Under the pieces are notes generated by a model, which did not search any database, was not told the origin of the DNA, and worked only from the letters and a program-made list of their open reading frames with translations. The translations under genes and the position numbers were made by a program. A DNA stretch of 63,094 nucleotides, filler included, from Choristocarpus tenellus KU-1152 (taxonomy: Eukaryota; Protista; Phaeophyceae), in NCBI GenBank assembly GCA_964200185.2. It is 7 parts of 7 records of this genome, joined end to end, with 100 filler letters (N's around TTAATTAATTAA, not from the genome) between each part and the next. Parts side by side here need not be neighbours in the genome. Positions count along the whole stretch, not along the records: positions 1 to 28,829 come from CAXNAD020000117.1; 6 more parts are not named here. One strand, given 5' to 3'. Of this stretch, positions 11,201-24,100 are shown in pieces. The stretch's first letter is position 1, and the number at the start of each line of letters is the position of its first letter.

Positions 11201-14058
11201 ATGCTTCCTCGATTTTTCCTGTTGGGGTCACTACTACTGTCATTTCAAGGGATTGCCCACAGCAGAGTAGTAATGCGCATTCCTTTTACACTCGCTCACC
11301 CCGATGGGTCTTTTGAGACCATTGCAATGGAGGTCTCGAAGGGTGAAGATTTGTTGGCGAGGTGGGACCCTGACTAACCTGACGAAATGCTACCAAGAGT
11401 GATGCTGACTACTGGGTTGGGATTACGAAGACGTCAATTTCCTTGTGGATTTCGAGCTCACACCCAAAACCTGCACAATAATATTGATCTCCTTCCAGCG
11501 CGGGCAAGTTCCTCGAGACGGTGTCTATAATCCCCAAGGACTTGGCAGCGTTCTGGGAGGAGGTCCGCAAGGAAGTTATGGTTCGAGGATCGATAGTACA
11601 GTGGAAAGTTGCCATAATAGTTGTGTCCGATGTAAGAGACCTGTTCGACGAGGTGGAGTTGACGGGTCACTTCTTCACTGAAGCGGACAAAGTTGTGTTC
11701 GTTACAAACGGTTTCTCCTTATCACAAGAGGAAGTCGATCGACTCTTCATCAACTTGAAGGAGATATTTCGAGGCGAAGCTACTGTGCAGCATACCACAA
11801 GTACGATGACTCCGGAGCTAGCATTTGATGCTGCATGGCATCATATACCGCCAGGGGCAATTATATCACTCTGCATAAGCACGTGCAAGGTGTGTTTGTT
11901 TCTTGCCTTGTTTTGTGCGGTTGGGGGATGGGAAGTAGCATTCTCTCCAGGATTTATCCTTCCTCTGCAGTTCAGTACAGTTTTACTGGACCACAACTGC
12001 AAGGGTTTATTAATTTCCTTGGTTGTAGCATATTTGGCTAAGATACGTCTGGGTCCAACACCTCCGTAAGATTTTGTTATTCCTTGCAACACCACTAGAT
12101 CAGTCGTATGTGATCAATCGCACACGTCTTGTTCCAGCTTCCTCGGCAGGCGACCTATGGCCCATTCCGGGTTCTTTCTGATGGAAGAATATTTCTGCAG
12201 TATGTGAGGATGCTGTGGTCATTTTCAGGCTCGTTCAAGGGTCCATTTGTTACAGTCGCCTCTGGCAGTAACTTAGAGCAACCGACAAAGGGCAAGCCTA
12301 AGCACATGGTTATTTTGTTCGATACCTCAACGGTCCATTATCTAGGCCACCCTAGCGCATCTGAAGGAAATTTTGAGACATGGTTGGGAATTGCCAAGTC
12401 CCAAAGAGTTTTGTACATATTTGGGCAGCGCCCCATCGAATTCCTGGAATACAGTGATGTCCATGCCAGACGTGGGGTTGGGATGGAGTCATCAGTCACA
12501 TCTTGCCAACAGCACAAAAATGTTGTGCAAGAACAAACTAGTTCGGATTTACACAGCTCCATGGGTCGACTTTCTCAACAGCGTCCATGTTTTACAATGC
12601 TGTGCCCTTCCTTTGTCGTGTTGGTTGTACTTCAAGGAGATGGAGACAGGACAACAGGTCCAATTTTTCAAGATATTGCTGAAACTATTGACCATGGCCT
12701 CACATCACTGAAGCTCCCATCAAGAATTGTTTACTGTCATAATCTCCCCACTGATGAATGTTTCACCAACAGTGATATTGTCATTGTATTGGCAGCTCAC
12801 AATCTTGTCAGCTTTGTGACAAGGGAAGGCAAGATGGCAGCTTTGTCTCATAACCTCCTCCCAGCAGATACAGGTAAGAGTGAAGCTTCAAGTATGCAGA
12901 CACCCTTTAACTCAACATAGGCGAATTAAGAAGTGAGTATGAAGCTTACTTGAAGTTGCCTGACGGTGCTTACTCTCAATGCAAGAAGCTATACCTGAGA
13001 AATTAGAGTAGACCTAACCTTGGTATGTATGGTTGACTGATGTTCTTTTAGGTACATGTATTACTTTTGTTGTGGTTCTCACCTTGCCCACCTTTTCTCT
13101 ACCAACACCCATGTGCACATGTTCAATGTAGTAATTTACAACTTTGAGCATGTACCTCACCAGATAATGCAAGGTGAACCTTCACAGCACAACCAAATGG
13201 GCTCAAGAAACCAGCATGGGTCACTTGTGACAGAAGAACTTATAAAGATATACTCCATGGGATACCCGGTATGGGATTATTCAGAGGAAAATGTAAAGAA
13301 TTTGCTGGGAATGGATATCAAGGCACATCTGGTGCCACTCGGGTATTCCCCAACCCTTCGTTTTGCACCAATCACTTCCTCAGAATCGTGCACTGGTTCA
13401 GGAAAACAGATTGATGTACTATTTATGGGGTCACCTACACCATATCGCACCCAAGCAATTCGCAGGCTCCGTGCAGCTGGTCTTCAGGTAGTTCATCCCA
13501 ACTCAGGTGCATACACAGCTTTTGGATTGGAGCTGGAGTCACTACTCTCAGATACAAAAATTGTTCTTAACCTATCGGCATTTGATCAAGATGGGGAGTG
13601 GAAGATGACTCGCCTTGCCCGGTTACTTGCTAATGAAAGGTGATACAAGAATAGTTGCTAAAATGCATATTTCAGCATTTAATTTTGAGTTCACCCAGTA
13701 TGCCTTTCTTTCTAGAAGCAGATGCAACCAATGCCAAACCAAGCCAACTGCCTCGACGTATCGAAAGCATACAAACCTTGAGCCTGCTACCCTGACCCCC
13801 TGCAGATTTGTGATTTCAGAAGAAGGTGGTACCCAAGGAGAGAGGGATAGTTTTCGTGCGGGTGTGATTTTCGTGGCCCCAGAACACATTGCAGAGACAT
13901 GCATGTACTTTCTGAAGCACCATAAGGAGAGATGTGCCATTGCAAAGAGAGGGAGGGAAATCTTTGAACAACAGAATGAGGGCACCATTCTGCAAGGACC
14001 TATCGAAGAATTATTGTACAGTAAGATGACTGTTGGCACATTGAAAGATTACAACTGA
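11201..14058 (+). CDS. Secretory-pathway protein with a C-terminal GT-B glycosyltransferase-like domain (Glyco_trans_1_2 / CgeB-like); 5 exons, ~682 aa
   Basis: Exons 11201-11361, 11499-11889, 12138-12873, 13132-13639 and 13806-14058 (GT-AG, 2049 nt in frame). Signal peptide MLPRFFLLGSLLLSFQGIAHS. Motifs VIYNFEH, VWDYSEENV, LVPLGYSP, IDVLFMGSPTPYR, KIVLNL, RLARLLANERFVISE and ERCAIAKRGREIF. Confidence 0.8.
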
Positions 14059-14599
14059 ATGACAAAAAAAACATTGCTGCGACCCAGGCAACACAATACT
14101 CGCACTAATCTAATCCCCACATACTAAAATATTCCAAAAGACTGATGTTTCACTCATTGACCAAAGAATGATTGTAAAGCTCCAACTCAAAAAGAATAGA
14201 TTGCAGATTTTCCCCAAAATTGTACCCTTTTTTTTGCCTTGTAGCAGTTTGCCATTCTGACATTTTATCTCTCTAGTAAGTATTGGTGAAACAATTTTGA
14301 GCCCAAATTCTGATCAAACTTGCCAAGATGCAGATACCAATTTTTAAAAATCAATGTGGGCAGAGAAGGATGGTTTAAAATGTCACAGTTGTGGTTGCTG
14401 AAGAGTTCCTTTGTTAGCTTTCAACACTGGAAGCTAGAATATTGACCTATTTGATGCCAGTTTTGTAGCAAATGAAACTATATCTGAGATGCTACTTTTT
14501 TCAATTTCTAACTAATTTCTTGTTCTGAAGAAAATTAGGTGTGAAGCTTTCACTCTGAACAAGAGTTCTTAGCCACTCTGGGTCTCCCTGTAGCAACCT

Positions 14600-17200
14600 G
14601 TGGTCAGACCGTTTTATTATTGAGCTCAAGGGTGAATTCTGTCCTGTCTGATCTATCACATCCTTTTAGATGCGGTTCATCCAGGATAACATTGTTGAAC
14701 ATGTATGGATGTATTCCTGGAGATGGCACTACATACAACCAACTCATTGTTGGACATCTCAGTTGTATTCCAATCAGTGCAACATCATTTCTGGACAATT
14801 ACGGGACAAACTGGTCAAAAATGTCTCATTTTTTGCTATCAATTTTCAACACCAGACACTGATATCCTCCGGCTGTGATCCTCAACATGATCCTTGTTTC
14901 ACTTTCAAGTTACACAAAAAATCGGAAGTTAATGCCTAACAGCTCTCTTTTTGGACCATTGTGTTGACCAGACCATAGCCACAGCCAGCTAGACCTAGGA
15001 GTTTGGGTTTAGTCTGTACATCAAAAATACACTCCATATTGGAGAATGCAAGCATCCTCCACATTGCATTCAGTGGGCACTCCAAACTCATGATGGAGTG
15101 AGACAACTGTTTTGTCCTCCCAAGTTTTTCCCACCACACATTAGAGCCCTCAGTTGTATCAGGTAGAGTAGATACAGCATCATTCATGAAATGTGTAACA
15201 TATTCACTGCATTTGAGAGCACACATGCTTTGCTTGTTCTGGAATTGTTCCATTTACGTTGAGGTCTATGTTGGGTCATCTGCTTCAACAAAAGGAGTCA
15301 TATTCATCTGAGATCTTACAAGAACTATCAACCTGTATACTGTCCAAACAAGCCCCAACTCCAGATTTCAGCTCCCAGGAGTGGACAGTACCACAAGACA
15401 GAAACATTTGCCATTCCCAATCCAATATACAGTAACAACAATCACCTCACCATTAAAGCAATACTGACGCTGTAAATTGGCAAGATCTTTTCGTCATTGC
15501 TAAATGTAATGCCCTTGTACTACCCACCTAAGCATGTGTTTTCTTAGGCCACAAAATCCAATCCCTGAATAGCTATGAGGTAACAAGTAACCACTCCCAT
15601 TTTCTTTGAGATGCTTCACATCTGATTCCTTTACTCACCCCTTGTGACCTGAAAGGCACTGCGAAGGGCAAGGTCTACTTGTCCACCATTGGGATGTTTG
15701 GAGCATCACTTGCATTTGGATTGCATTTGGCATCTTTCAGATCAGGGCTTGTCACTGTTGTTCTCAATTTGGTTAAACAGGATTTAATCCCAAACCTTGA
15801 AGACATGCCCCTATGTGAGTCTTACACTTTCAAGTACTACAAAATACCAGATGGTGCATTATATATGAAGAATTAGTGTTTGTAACAATTTGGTAGGCTT
15901 TCTACACAAGCCAATGCTGTATGTGGTTAAGTCATCGCATATTGCACTTCTAATGCCATCATAATCCTTTTCGTAAAATCAAACCAGTCGCAATCAAAGT
16001 GGTTGCATACCTGTCATCTCCCCACTTCTAAAACTCTCAATCCATACAGAAGTGCTCAAAAGTTCAGTACCCAACAGGATCTTTCAACTGGATTGAGCAG
16101 CAACCATAGTACCTGGCAACACACATTCCACATCAGAGCCGAACCATTTATTGAGCAGAGCTTGAGAAACCACAACTACCATCTAGTTGTTGCAGTTCTA
16201 ACCACTGTTGTCACACCAGCCTCATCAAACCTACTTTATTTCTTTGCTCTATCTGTTCTGCACTTGAATAACCTGCTTGCTAGTATATTTCTGTCAACTA
16301 TGTGTGTAGTATCAATTATGAACTGGTAACACAGCACACTTGGATATGCCCTAAGACACCTCCTAGTTTGAACAAGCTCAACACTCTAATTGATTCACAT
16401 TACCATACAGTGCACTTTGCATGGTCTACTAATCAGGGTAGTCTGAGGAACTTGTTAGTATTGTACATCATACTTCAGGGTGGCCCAATATATGTAATGC
16501 TGCATCTCTTTCCTGCCCATGATATTATTTTGGTTTAGAATTCACCGATTGCAAAACAATGCAACTATCCTCAATATGTAATGCATGTCTCGACCACTCG
16601 CAGTTATTCTTGTTTACTGTGACAGCATCTAGTTCCCCTTACACAATTGAAAGTAAATATACACAATTCAGAACATATACTCTAAATTGCATAATATCAA
16701 CTGCATCATTTTTGTATCATCCCTACAGCATTCTAACACACAATGCATTTATCAACAATGCTTCAACAATATGGTGGATTAAGGAGCGTTTCTTTTCACG
16801 TTTTCAGGGTCAATATTTCCAACTGTGCAACTAGTTGCAAGAAAAAACCCTGCATACCCATCTATGGTTCCATACAGAGATAGTGCAGAATACATACAGA
16901 TATTTTTGGGGTGAGGCAGTTCTTCATTTGGCAGTAACTTGGCAGGGACTATTTAATCCCAGTCATGTTGATTGAAACTTAATTCAGCTGTGTTTGGCGT
17001 ATTGCAGTCGTTGTAAGGTCCTGCCCAATCCAATTTTACATGAGGAACTGGGAAATTGCCACCTAGCTCACATCTTCATCCTGTAGAGAAGCAGCTCAAA
17101 AGAAGCATGTATTCATTCAAACTTGACAGATAATTGGCAATCTACCATGCATATACATGTGCTTCTTCAAAGTGAAATAAATTATGAGCTACAAACCACA
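14600..17200. mobile_element. Highly decayed LTR-retrotransposon (copia-like) debris
   Basis: No long ORF. Scattered zinc-knuckle-like and RT/RNase H-like peptide fragments, mostly on the minus strand. Boundaries approximate. Confidence 0.3.
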
Positions 17201-18893
17201 CTACTGTTCTTGTTTGTCATCTCTCTGGCCACTCAGGTCTATAGACATTAGGTTGTACTAATCTTCCATGCTAATCCCATTCTTAACTCTGAAATATCAC
17301 AACCATCATTCCATTAAAAAAATTGCAGCACTGTCCAGTACGTATGGTACAACCTCATATCAGAGTAGAGTGTGGGGTCGATTCACAAAGGCACTTGTTC
17401 CATGGTATTGTGTGCACTACTTCTACATGTTGGATAGAAACAAACAGGAATATTACGAACTACCAACTCTGTACCACAATTGTTTCAACCCTGCCATCAA
17501 ATCTAGCAACACGTGCAGGGTGTTTTCAATACCTTCTTACTTCAAATCACATGCTCCCTCCAAGTTTGAACCACCTTCACACATGTTGTGGTGGGTGACA
17601 ATGACAAGAGTGTACTTTACAAAACTGGGTTTCTGCTTCGGGAGTTTACTACTCGAGGAGGGGTGCAAAGTATAGACTCACCTCACCTCGTGGCTACTTA
17701 GACTTCTACTACCCAAGAATGCGGATAGAGTCGTTGCACGTATAGAAGTTCTGGTACACAATTCTTAACTTCTTCAGAAGAAGCAGGTTGCAATTCGGTT
17801 GACACGAAGGAAAAAAACAGAAACCTTGTAAGGTCGACAGTGCAATGCAGCACTTTACAACAGTGGTGCTATGGAGAACACTAAGGAGTGCGTGGACGGG
17901 TACTTGTAGCAACGCCTGGCTACGTCAATGTCATGGGGATGAGATGGAGAGGAAAGTACGCACGACCTCATGTTTGAGCTAGAGAAAACCTATTATGTAG
18001 CCAAGTTACATCGACAAACATAGACTGAAACCACCTTCCAAAGGATTAGTAGTTTCAAGAGTTGACTGGGTCATATGCAACTAGCGGGAACCAAGGGGAA
18101 CTCTTGCAGGGACAGGCTTCAATGGATACGCCTAAATGAAATAGGAGGCTAATAGTTAGCACTTCACGTTTAAAAAAGTAGCGGTTCTGAACAACCTAGG
18201 GCCACATCCTCACACCCAGGTGACAGTGTATGGAACCGTTGGCCGCTTTTCAAGGACTGAGGGAATGAAATTTTGCTGATCAGGTCAGATTTGAGGCAAT
18301 TGTATCATGTCAACCCTACCACAGAGAGGAATTCCGTCACCTATGGATTATAGAAGAAGAATTACTGAAAAGCTCCTCCCCCAGGTAGTGCTCACCTCGA
18401 TTCCTGTCACTGAGAATTGTCAAGTGTCCAGCCTGTTCAGGTGTGAACGAAGGATCCCGCATCTAATTGGACCCACATCCATCCCTAATAGGATTTTTGG
18501 TTGTGCTTGATTGAGACACTGGATAGGGGAGACCTGGTCTGCATTCTCTCCTGGCGCGTACTCCCTACCAGAATCCTGTGCGCGGGGTTGGTTTTGTTTC
18601 CACCTCCGTCTAGTTGTTCCCTCCGACACAAGGACTGTGACTGCTACAAGGTTGCTTGGGGGTAAGGTGTTTCTCTGTTGTATTGTTAGAAAGATAAGGA
18701 TCCATATTGAGGTTTGGTGACACTGACTGGCTTTATGTACATAGTATAGCAGCTGCTTCTCTTGTTGAACATCACAACAATACTTCAAGCGACAAGTTAA
18801 CCCAAAAAATGCACACAACAGAAGATCTCCCCAACTTCGTGACCAGAAAAATACGTGCTTGACAGAGGTACTTACAACACAGATCATCTGACC

Positions 18894-21159
18894 ATGAGAA
18901 TGGATTGTGCGGACGTTTTGGAGCAGGTGCTTTCCTCTCTCCATCCATGCGAGGTATGATATCATTACATGCCTTTGGATATCGTAGACCCTGAGGTCTC
19001 CTCACCCGGTCAGCTCTACATGTCATATGAATTCGTCATTAGATTCCTGCAGTGCTTAGGGTAAGTTAAATTGCGAGTCTAGGGTGAGGAACTACGTGCA
19101 CCTGTTCCTTGACACTTCTTATGTGTCAAGTCGATGATCAGTTCCTCTTCAATCCTAGTAGTTGGAACATTGGAATGAAATTCATGATACATTTTATGAC
19201 GTCGATACTCCATTCCTTCCTCAGGCTCAAAGGATTCTCAACCTCCCACTGTCCAAGTCCTATATGGTGGGATTCACCTTGAATGAGGTATGCGAATGAA
19301 AGTAGTTGAGTGTTTTTTGTTTCCCCGCTGGTCATGTTCTACTCTTCACGCCCCTTATTCCGTTAACACCATCTTCTCTCGCGCTTGGTAGGACGTATGG
19401 AGGACAAGATGTGTTGGTGAAACGTGGCGGATGCCGGCACATACCGCCTTATTAGGGAAAAAATGGCGAAATGTGTACGCGGATCTCGTATCCTCACTCG
19501 CCCTTGTGGAGGGAACCAGTAAGTTCAGCTCTGGTCTGCATGAGAATGTACTGGCTGTGGCATCCGTCCTCGATCAATACCATACTCTGGAAGAAATGGC
19601 AAGGACCTGCTTCAATCGTCTAGGTCAGCTACTTGAATTCGACGCTGCGAGGCGCACAATGAACATGAACAGGTTGCGCATCATGGACCATGCCCTCTGG
19701 ACACTGCAGGCTTTTCCTGATGATGCGGACATTCAGCTGGTAAGATCTCGTGATCTTCGGACAACGTTTGCTGTGCCTCTTGTCCTAGTAAATGTGTGAT
19801 TATTTGAGTCATACAGTGAATCTGACTATGTGATTGAAGTATCGATAAATAAATTGAAACATTCAGTGCGAACAATAAAGGGTGCATTGTGGGAAGAAGG
19901 TACGCTGTCGCTTGTGGTCCTGAGAGTGAATGGTACGCTGCGTTCACATGGAAATAATGCACCATCATGTACACTTTTTGCTTTTCACAGAAAGTTCTGC
20001 GATTTCTGGTGCTGGCTGGGCGTCCCATTGGCGGCACTGAGGGTATGGTTTTTCACCGAGGGCCTGCCAGTGGCAGTGCTTTGGAGACGTTTGCACCAGC
20101 AGGTGAAGGAGTTTCAGCTGTCCTTGCGTCTATGGCCAGGCACCTCCACAATGGCCCAGTGCAAGCCATGTCGTGTTGGAGCATGGTAAACCTAGCCCTC
20201 CTTCCTATCCAGAAGGAGAACTTGCTTAGACTAGGCGGAATTGAAGCTGTCCTGGCTGCGATGGTCACCCACCCCAAGGATCCTGATGTCCAGTTCCGTG
20301 GGATGTTTGCCCTTATCAACCTGGCAACACCTGACAGGGGCTCTAGCAGTGTGATGTCTACAGAGACAATGAAGGTGCGATGCAAGGATCACAGTTTGGC
20401 AATGAGGTTGAAGGGGAGGCCAAATGTCTTCCTGAGTCATGATTGAAGCAATATTCCAGCAACTTGCAGTGAGTGTATTGATCCAGTCAGGAAATCTAGT
20501 TCCATGCAAGACTTGTGTCCTGTTGGTGTTACTGCGGCATCCCAACATATGGCATCATTTTGTACTCTAGTCAAAAACCCTTGTCATGCTTTGATCATGA
20601 TCATGTTTTTGATAGTCTAAGGTTAATTGTGTTACAAGAAAGCGATACTCTGTCAGGAATAACTTCCTGGTGTACTTCAAAGTGCATTGAGGTCCTGACC
20701 TGAACAGAAACGATTATGAGTTGCAGGAGCATACAATGGAATCCCCAAGTGGCAGAATGCTGTGATGGGTATAATGGAGCACGACAAACATTATTTTATT
20801 GTTTTAATCTCGCCTGTGTCAGAGTACCTCAGCCAAAAACACACGGAAATCATGTGTCCTCCCTTGTCCCTCAACAGAATGTGGTGGTTAATGTCCTGGC
20901 TGCTATTCATTCCTTTTCGGAGAACGCAGCAATTGTCAACCGCGGGTGTCTGGTGCTTCATAATATTGCTCTTGATGCTGGTCACTTTGACACTCTAGTG
21001 GAAATGGGGGCTCCTCAAGAGTTGGTTCTGGCTATGGGTAGGCACCCTTCTGATGCAATGCTGTGCCAGTGTGCAACAGGTACACTGCGTCGTCTAGGGG
21101 CTGAGGTGAACTTATTTGACAACGACCTCGTTGATGACGATGGTGACTTAGACATGTGA
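18894..21159 (+). CDS. F-box-like plus armadillo (ARM) repeat protein; 5 exons, ~378 aa (an upstream exon is possible)
   Basis: Exons 18894-18953, 19225-19287, 19392-19739, 19991-20374 and 20878-21159 (GT-AG, 1137 nt in frame). N-terminal DVLEQVLSSLHPCE...EDVWRTRC is F-box-like. ARM repeats: GVSAVLASMARHLHNGPVQAMSCWSMVNLA, LGGIEAVLAAMVTHPKDPDVQFRGMFALINLA, IVNRGCLVLHNIA and GAPQELVLAMGRHPSD. Confidence 0.85.
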
Positions 21160-24100
21160 AAAACAGGTAGTGAACTGGTGATTAGAAGGTAGAATTGCAG
21201 AAGGTTGGAGGAGGCTTGAGAGTATATATATCTGCAGCATGTGTTTCCCACTGACATGGATGTGGCAGGCTGGGTAAGAGTGTAAATGTTCCACACAATG
21301 CAACAGACAGTCTGTAGTGAAGAACAGAAAAGGATATGGTATACAATTGTGACATTCTAGTTGTGGGGTGTGACAAAAAGGCAAAAGAGGTAGGAGTCAC
21401 TCATGTATTTCACTCATTGAATAGGTAAATTGTGTACTCGCTTAGTGAGCAATGGGATGTATACACTGTTTGCTTGATGTACAGTGTGTGTTCATGGCAA
21501 GAGTATTTTGTGAGCAAAATCTCTGGATGGAAGAGTCTTGCTGGAAGTACAGATATTCATTCAACAAGAAAAAAAAGTGTGGAGTAAAAAAAAAATGTAT
21601 TACATAGAATCAGATGCTGACTGGACTATTAATCCAGTAATCCAGTGCAATAGGCGGTACAGAGCAGTCATGTAGCCAAGTGTCTGAAATAGAGAACAGA
21701 CAAACAAAAGGAAGAGGGGGTTGTCAATTCATCACACCCTTTGGAGTGCTTTTTGCATCCAGTGAGATGAGCATATTTGCATTATGGAATTTTTTTATTT
21801 GCTTTTTAATTTAAAGCATACTTTAAACTACAACTTCACGTACATACTCCAGTGCGTTTATTGATATATGGTTGGGAAAAATCTGTATACTTTATTTTTG
21901 CTGCTTAAATGGTACATTGAAGCACAATTGATACCCTCCTGCATTTACAACAGTGTACGCATTCAAGCATAATTTTCTGAGTATAGTAAACTCTTGAGTA
22001 GTGTAAATTGTAACTGAAATTTTTCTAGCAGATGCACCTACCAGACCCTGATGTCATTCCTGTGTTGAAGGATTTATCGATCTCAAGTCATCTTCAAGTA
22101 CACCTCACCCTTTCACTGGCAGTAAATGATTGCATAGATATTCAGGACAGTCATTTGTTATTTTTTTCTTAAAGTGTAGTTTAGGCACTACCATCACCCA
22201 TGGTCAGAGGAACTGGATACTATACAATGTGCACTACTTGTGATACTTCTACTGCACTTTAGTACTGTTGCACTTTGACCAAATATGTTGCATCTCTTTT
22301 GTTTGTGTCTTTCTTCTTGCATGTTTGGCAAATACCATCCCTCTTCCCTCATATCTTGTGATGGACCCCCCTCAGTATTGCTCCCCAGTGAAGACTTGCA
22401 ACCTCATTTGGGTCTCATGTCTTAGATGCGGTCCATAGCCACAGAGGATATCACAGGTTTACATTTCGTAGTGCTAGCCACATGGACTTAGTGATAGCAA
22501 CTTCGCCTGCAAAACTTTTCTACTTTTTTCTTCCTTCACCCACATCAAATCTAACATAATATATTAGTTTTACTCATGATTTACATCAAAGGTTTTGAAG
22601 GCGATATGCACTGGTTCGGTTCAATCGTTATCATTTTGCAATGTTTGATATTCCAACACTTTCAGGAGGATTGACCAGAGGTAGTCCAACCCAGATTTCC
22701 ATGAAAGAAGTCTGTCATTGATGAAGGTTTGTACCCACAAAACGCATCCATGGAAGAGCCTCCATTAATTACTTATCCACAGGGATCTACAGGGATGCTT
22801 TGTCCTCCTTCATGTGTACCACTCAGGAAAGACCACTCCTCCCAACTTTGTATCAACTTTGTATCCACTGCAAATTCCTCCAGGGTGTTGGGTGTTGTAA
22901 ACAGAAATAAGATCACCCTGTGCCATAGAGGGAAATACTAGTGAGAAGTGTGTCCGAGAGCATCAAGTCAACCATATACAAATGGAGGCTGCTGTTTGAG
23001 GTTTCATGGCACTCAAGAACTTGAAGTTTAGGTAACTTGCATTTAATAACTGAAGGGGAAGATAGAAGAACTGGAAAAAACTGGTGGTGGTGCCACCAAC
23101 ATGACCTATATATTATCTCAAAATCCCACATAGAGTAGTAGTTAGAGTGTTACTATTAACAAACAGATAGTACAGGTGTATGAAGCATGGAGTCAAACAG
23201 TTTGTGGTCATCTGGCATACCAACAAGACCTAAGTTGCTGCAGCTCACCTGCAGTCATGACACACTCATGACACTACCCACAGAGTCAAGGGTTAGGTAT
23301 GGGGTCTGGTGTAGGATACCATCCTTGGTATTGGTGGTGGTATCATGTGTGCTGCTGATGGATGTACTGGACTTGATCTGATTGTTTCTGATCCATTGTG
23401 GCCGAATATATACCTCTCTCTTGGACACATTGTGGCCCTTGATACTGGAGGTGGAACTGTCTTGTTTTTTCAAGGGGCACTTGACTGCTGGGCATTTCTC
23501 TTTTTTCTATCAAATGCAGTATATTGGCATTTCTTCTATGTTCTTGTGCATGTATGCTTTATCTATTGTGTTGGCTCTCTTGTGTTTCTGTTTTGCATTT
23601 TGGGTTTCTGTTTTTTGTCCAAGTGTATTCCTTATTTCTCTTGTACTCTCCTTTTGCGTTTCCTATCTTCATATGGGTCCAAGCATGTTACGTGTTGTTT
23701 TTTCTCTCCACGATAACACTTGGTATATCACCCATTGAACTAATGTGAGATGGTCAATCAATCAACCATCATTTGTGCCACTCCAAATAGTCAATGTCAA
23801 GATGCAGAATAATTTACTGATGCAAAAGTAGTTGCTGAAGGCATATTACTATTGCTTTGAAGTTACTATAGTACTGATTAACTGTTGCACTACAACTAGT
23901 TGCACTGCCTCCATTCATGCCTTGCTTCTCATGCATTGGGTGCATTCATCTCACCACTTGCCACTCTACCTCCTCCCTCAAATCTTGTACTGGACCCACT
24001 GCGTGTTGCTTGGCAATGAAGCCTTGCCACATCGTTTCAGGTTTCCTAGGATTTTGTGGTATAGCGACAGATAGGACAGTACTAATCAGTGCTAGTCTTT

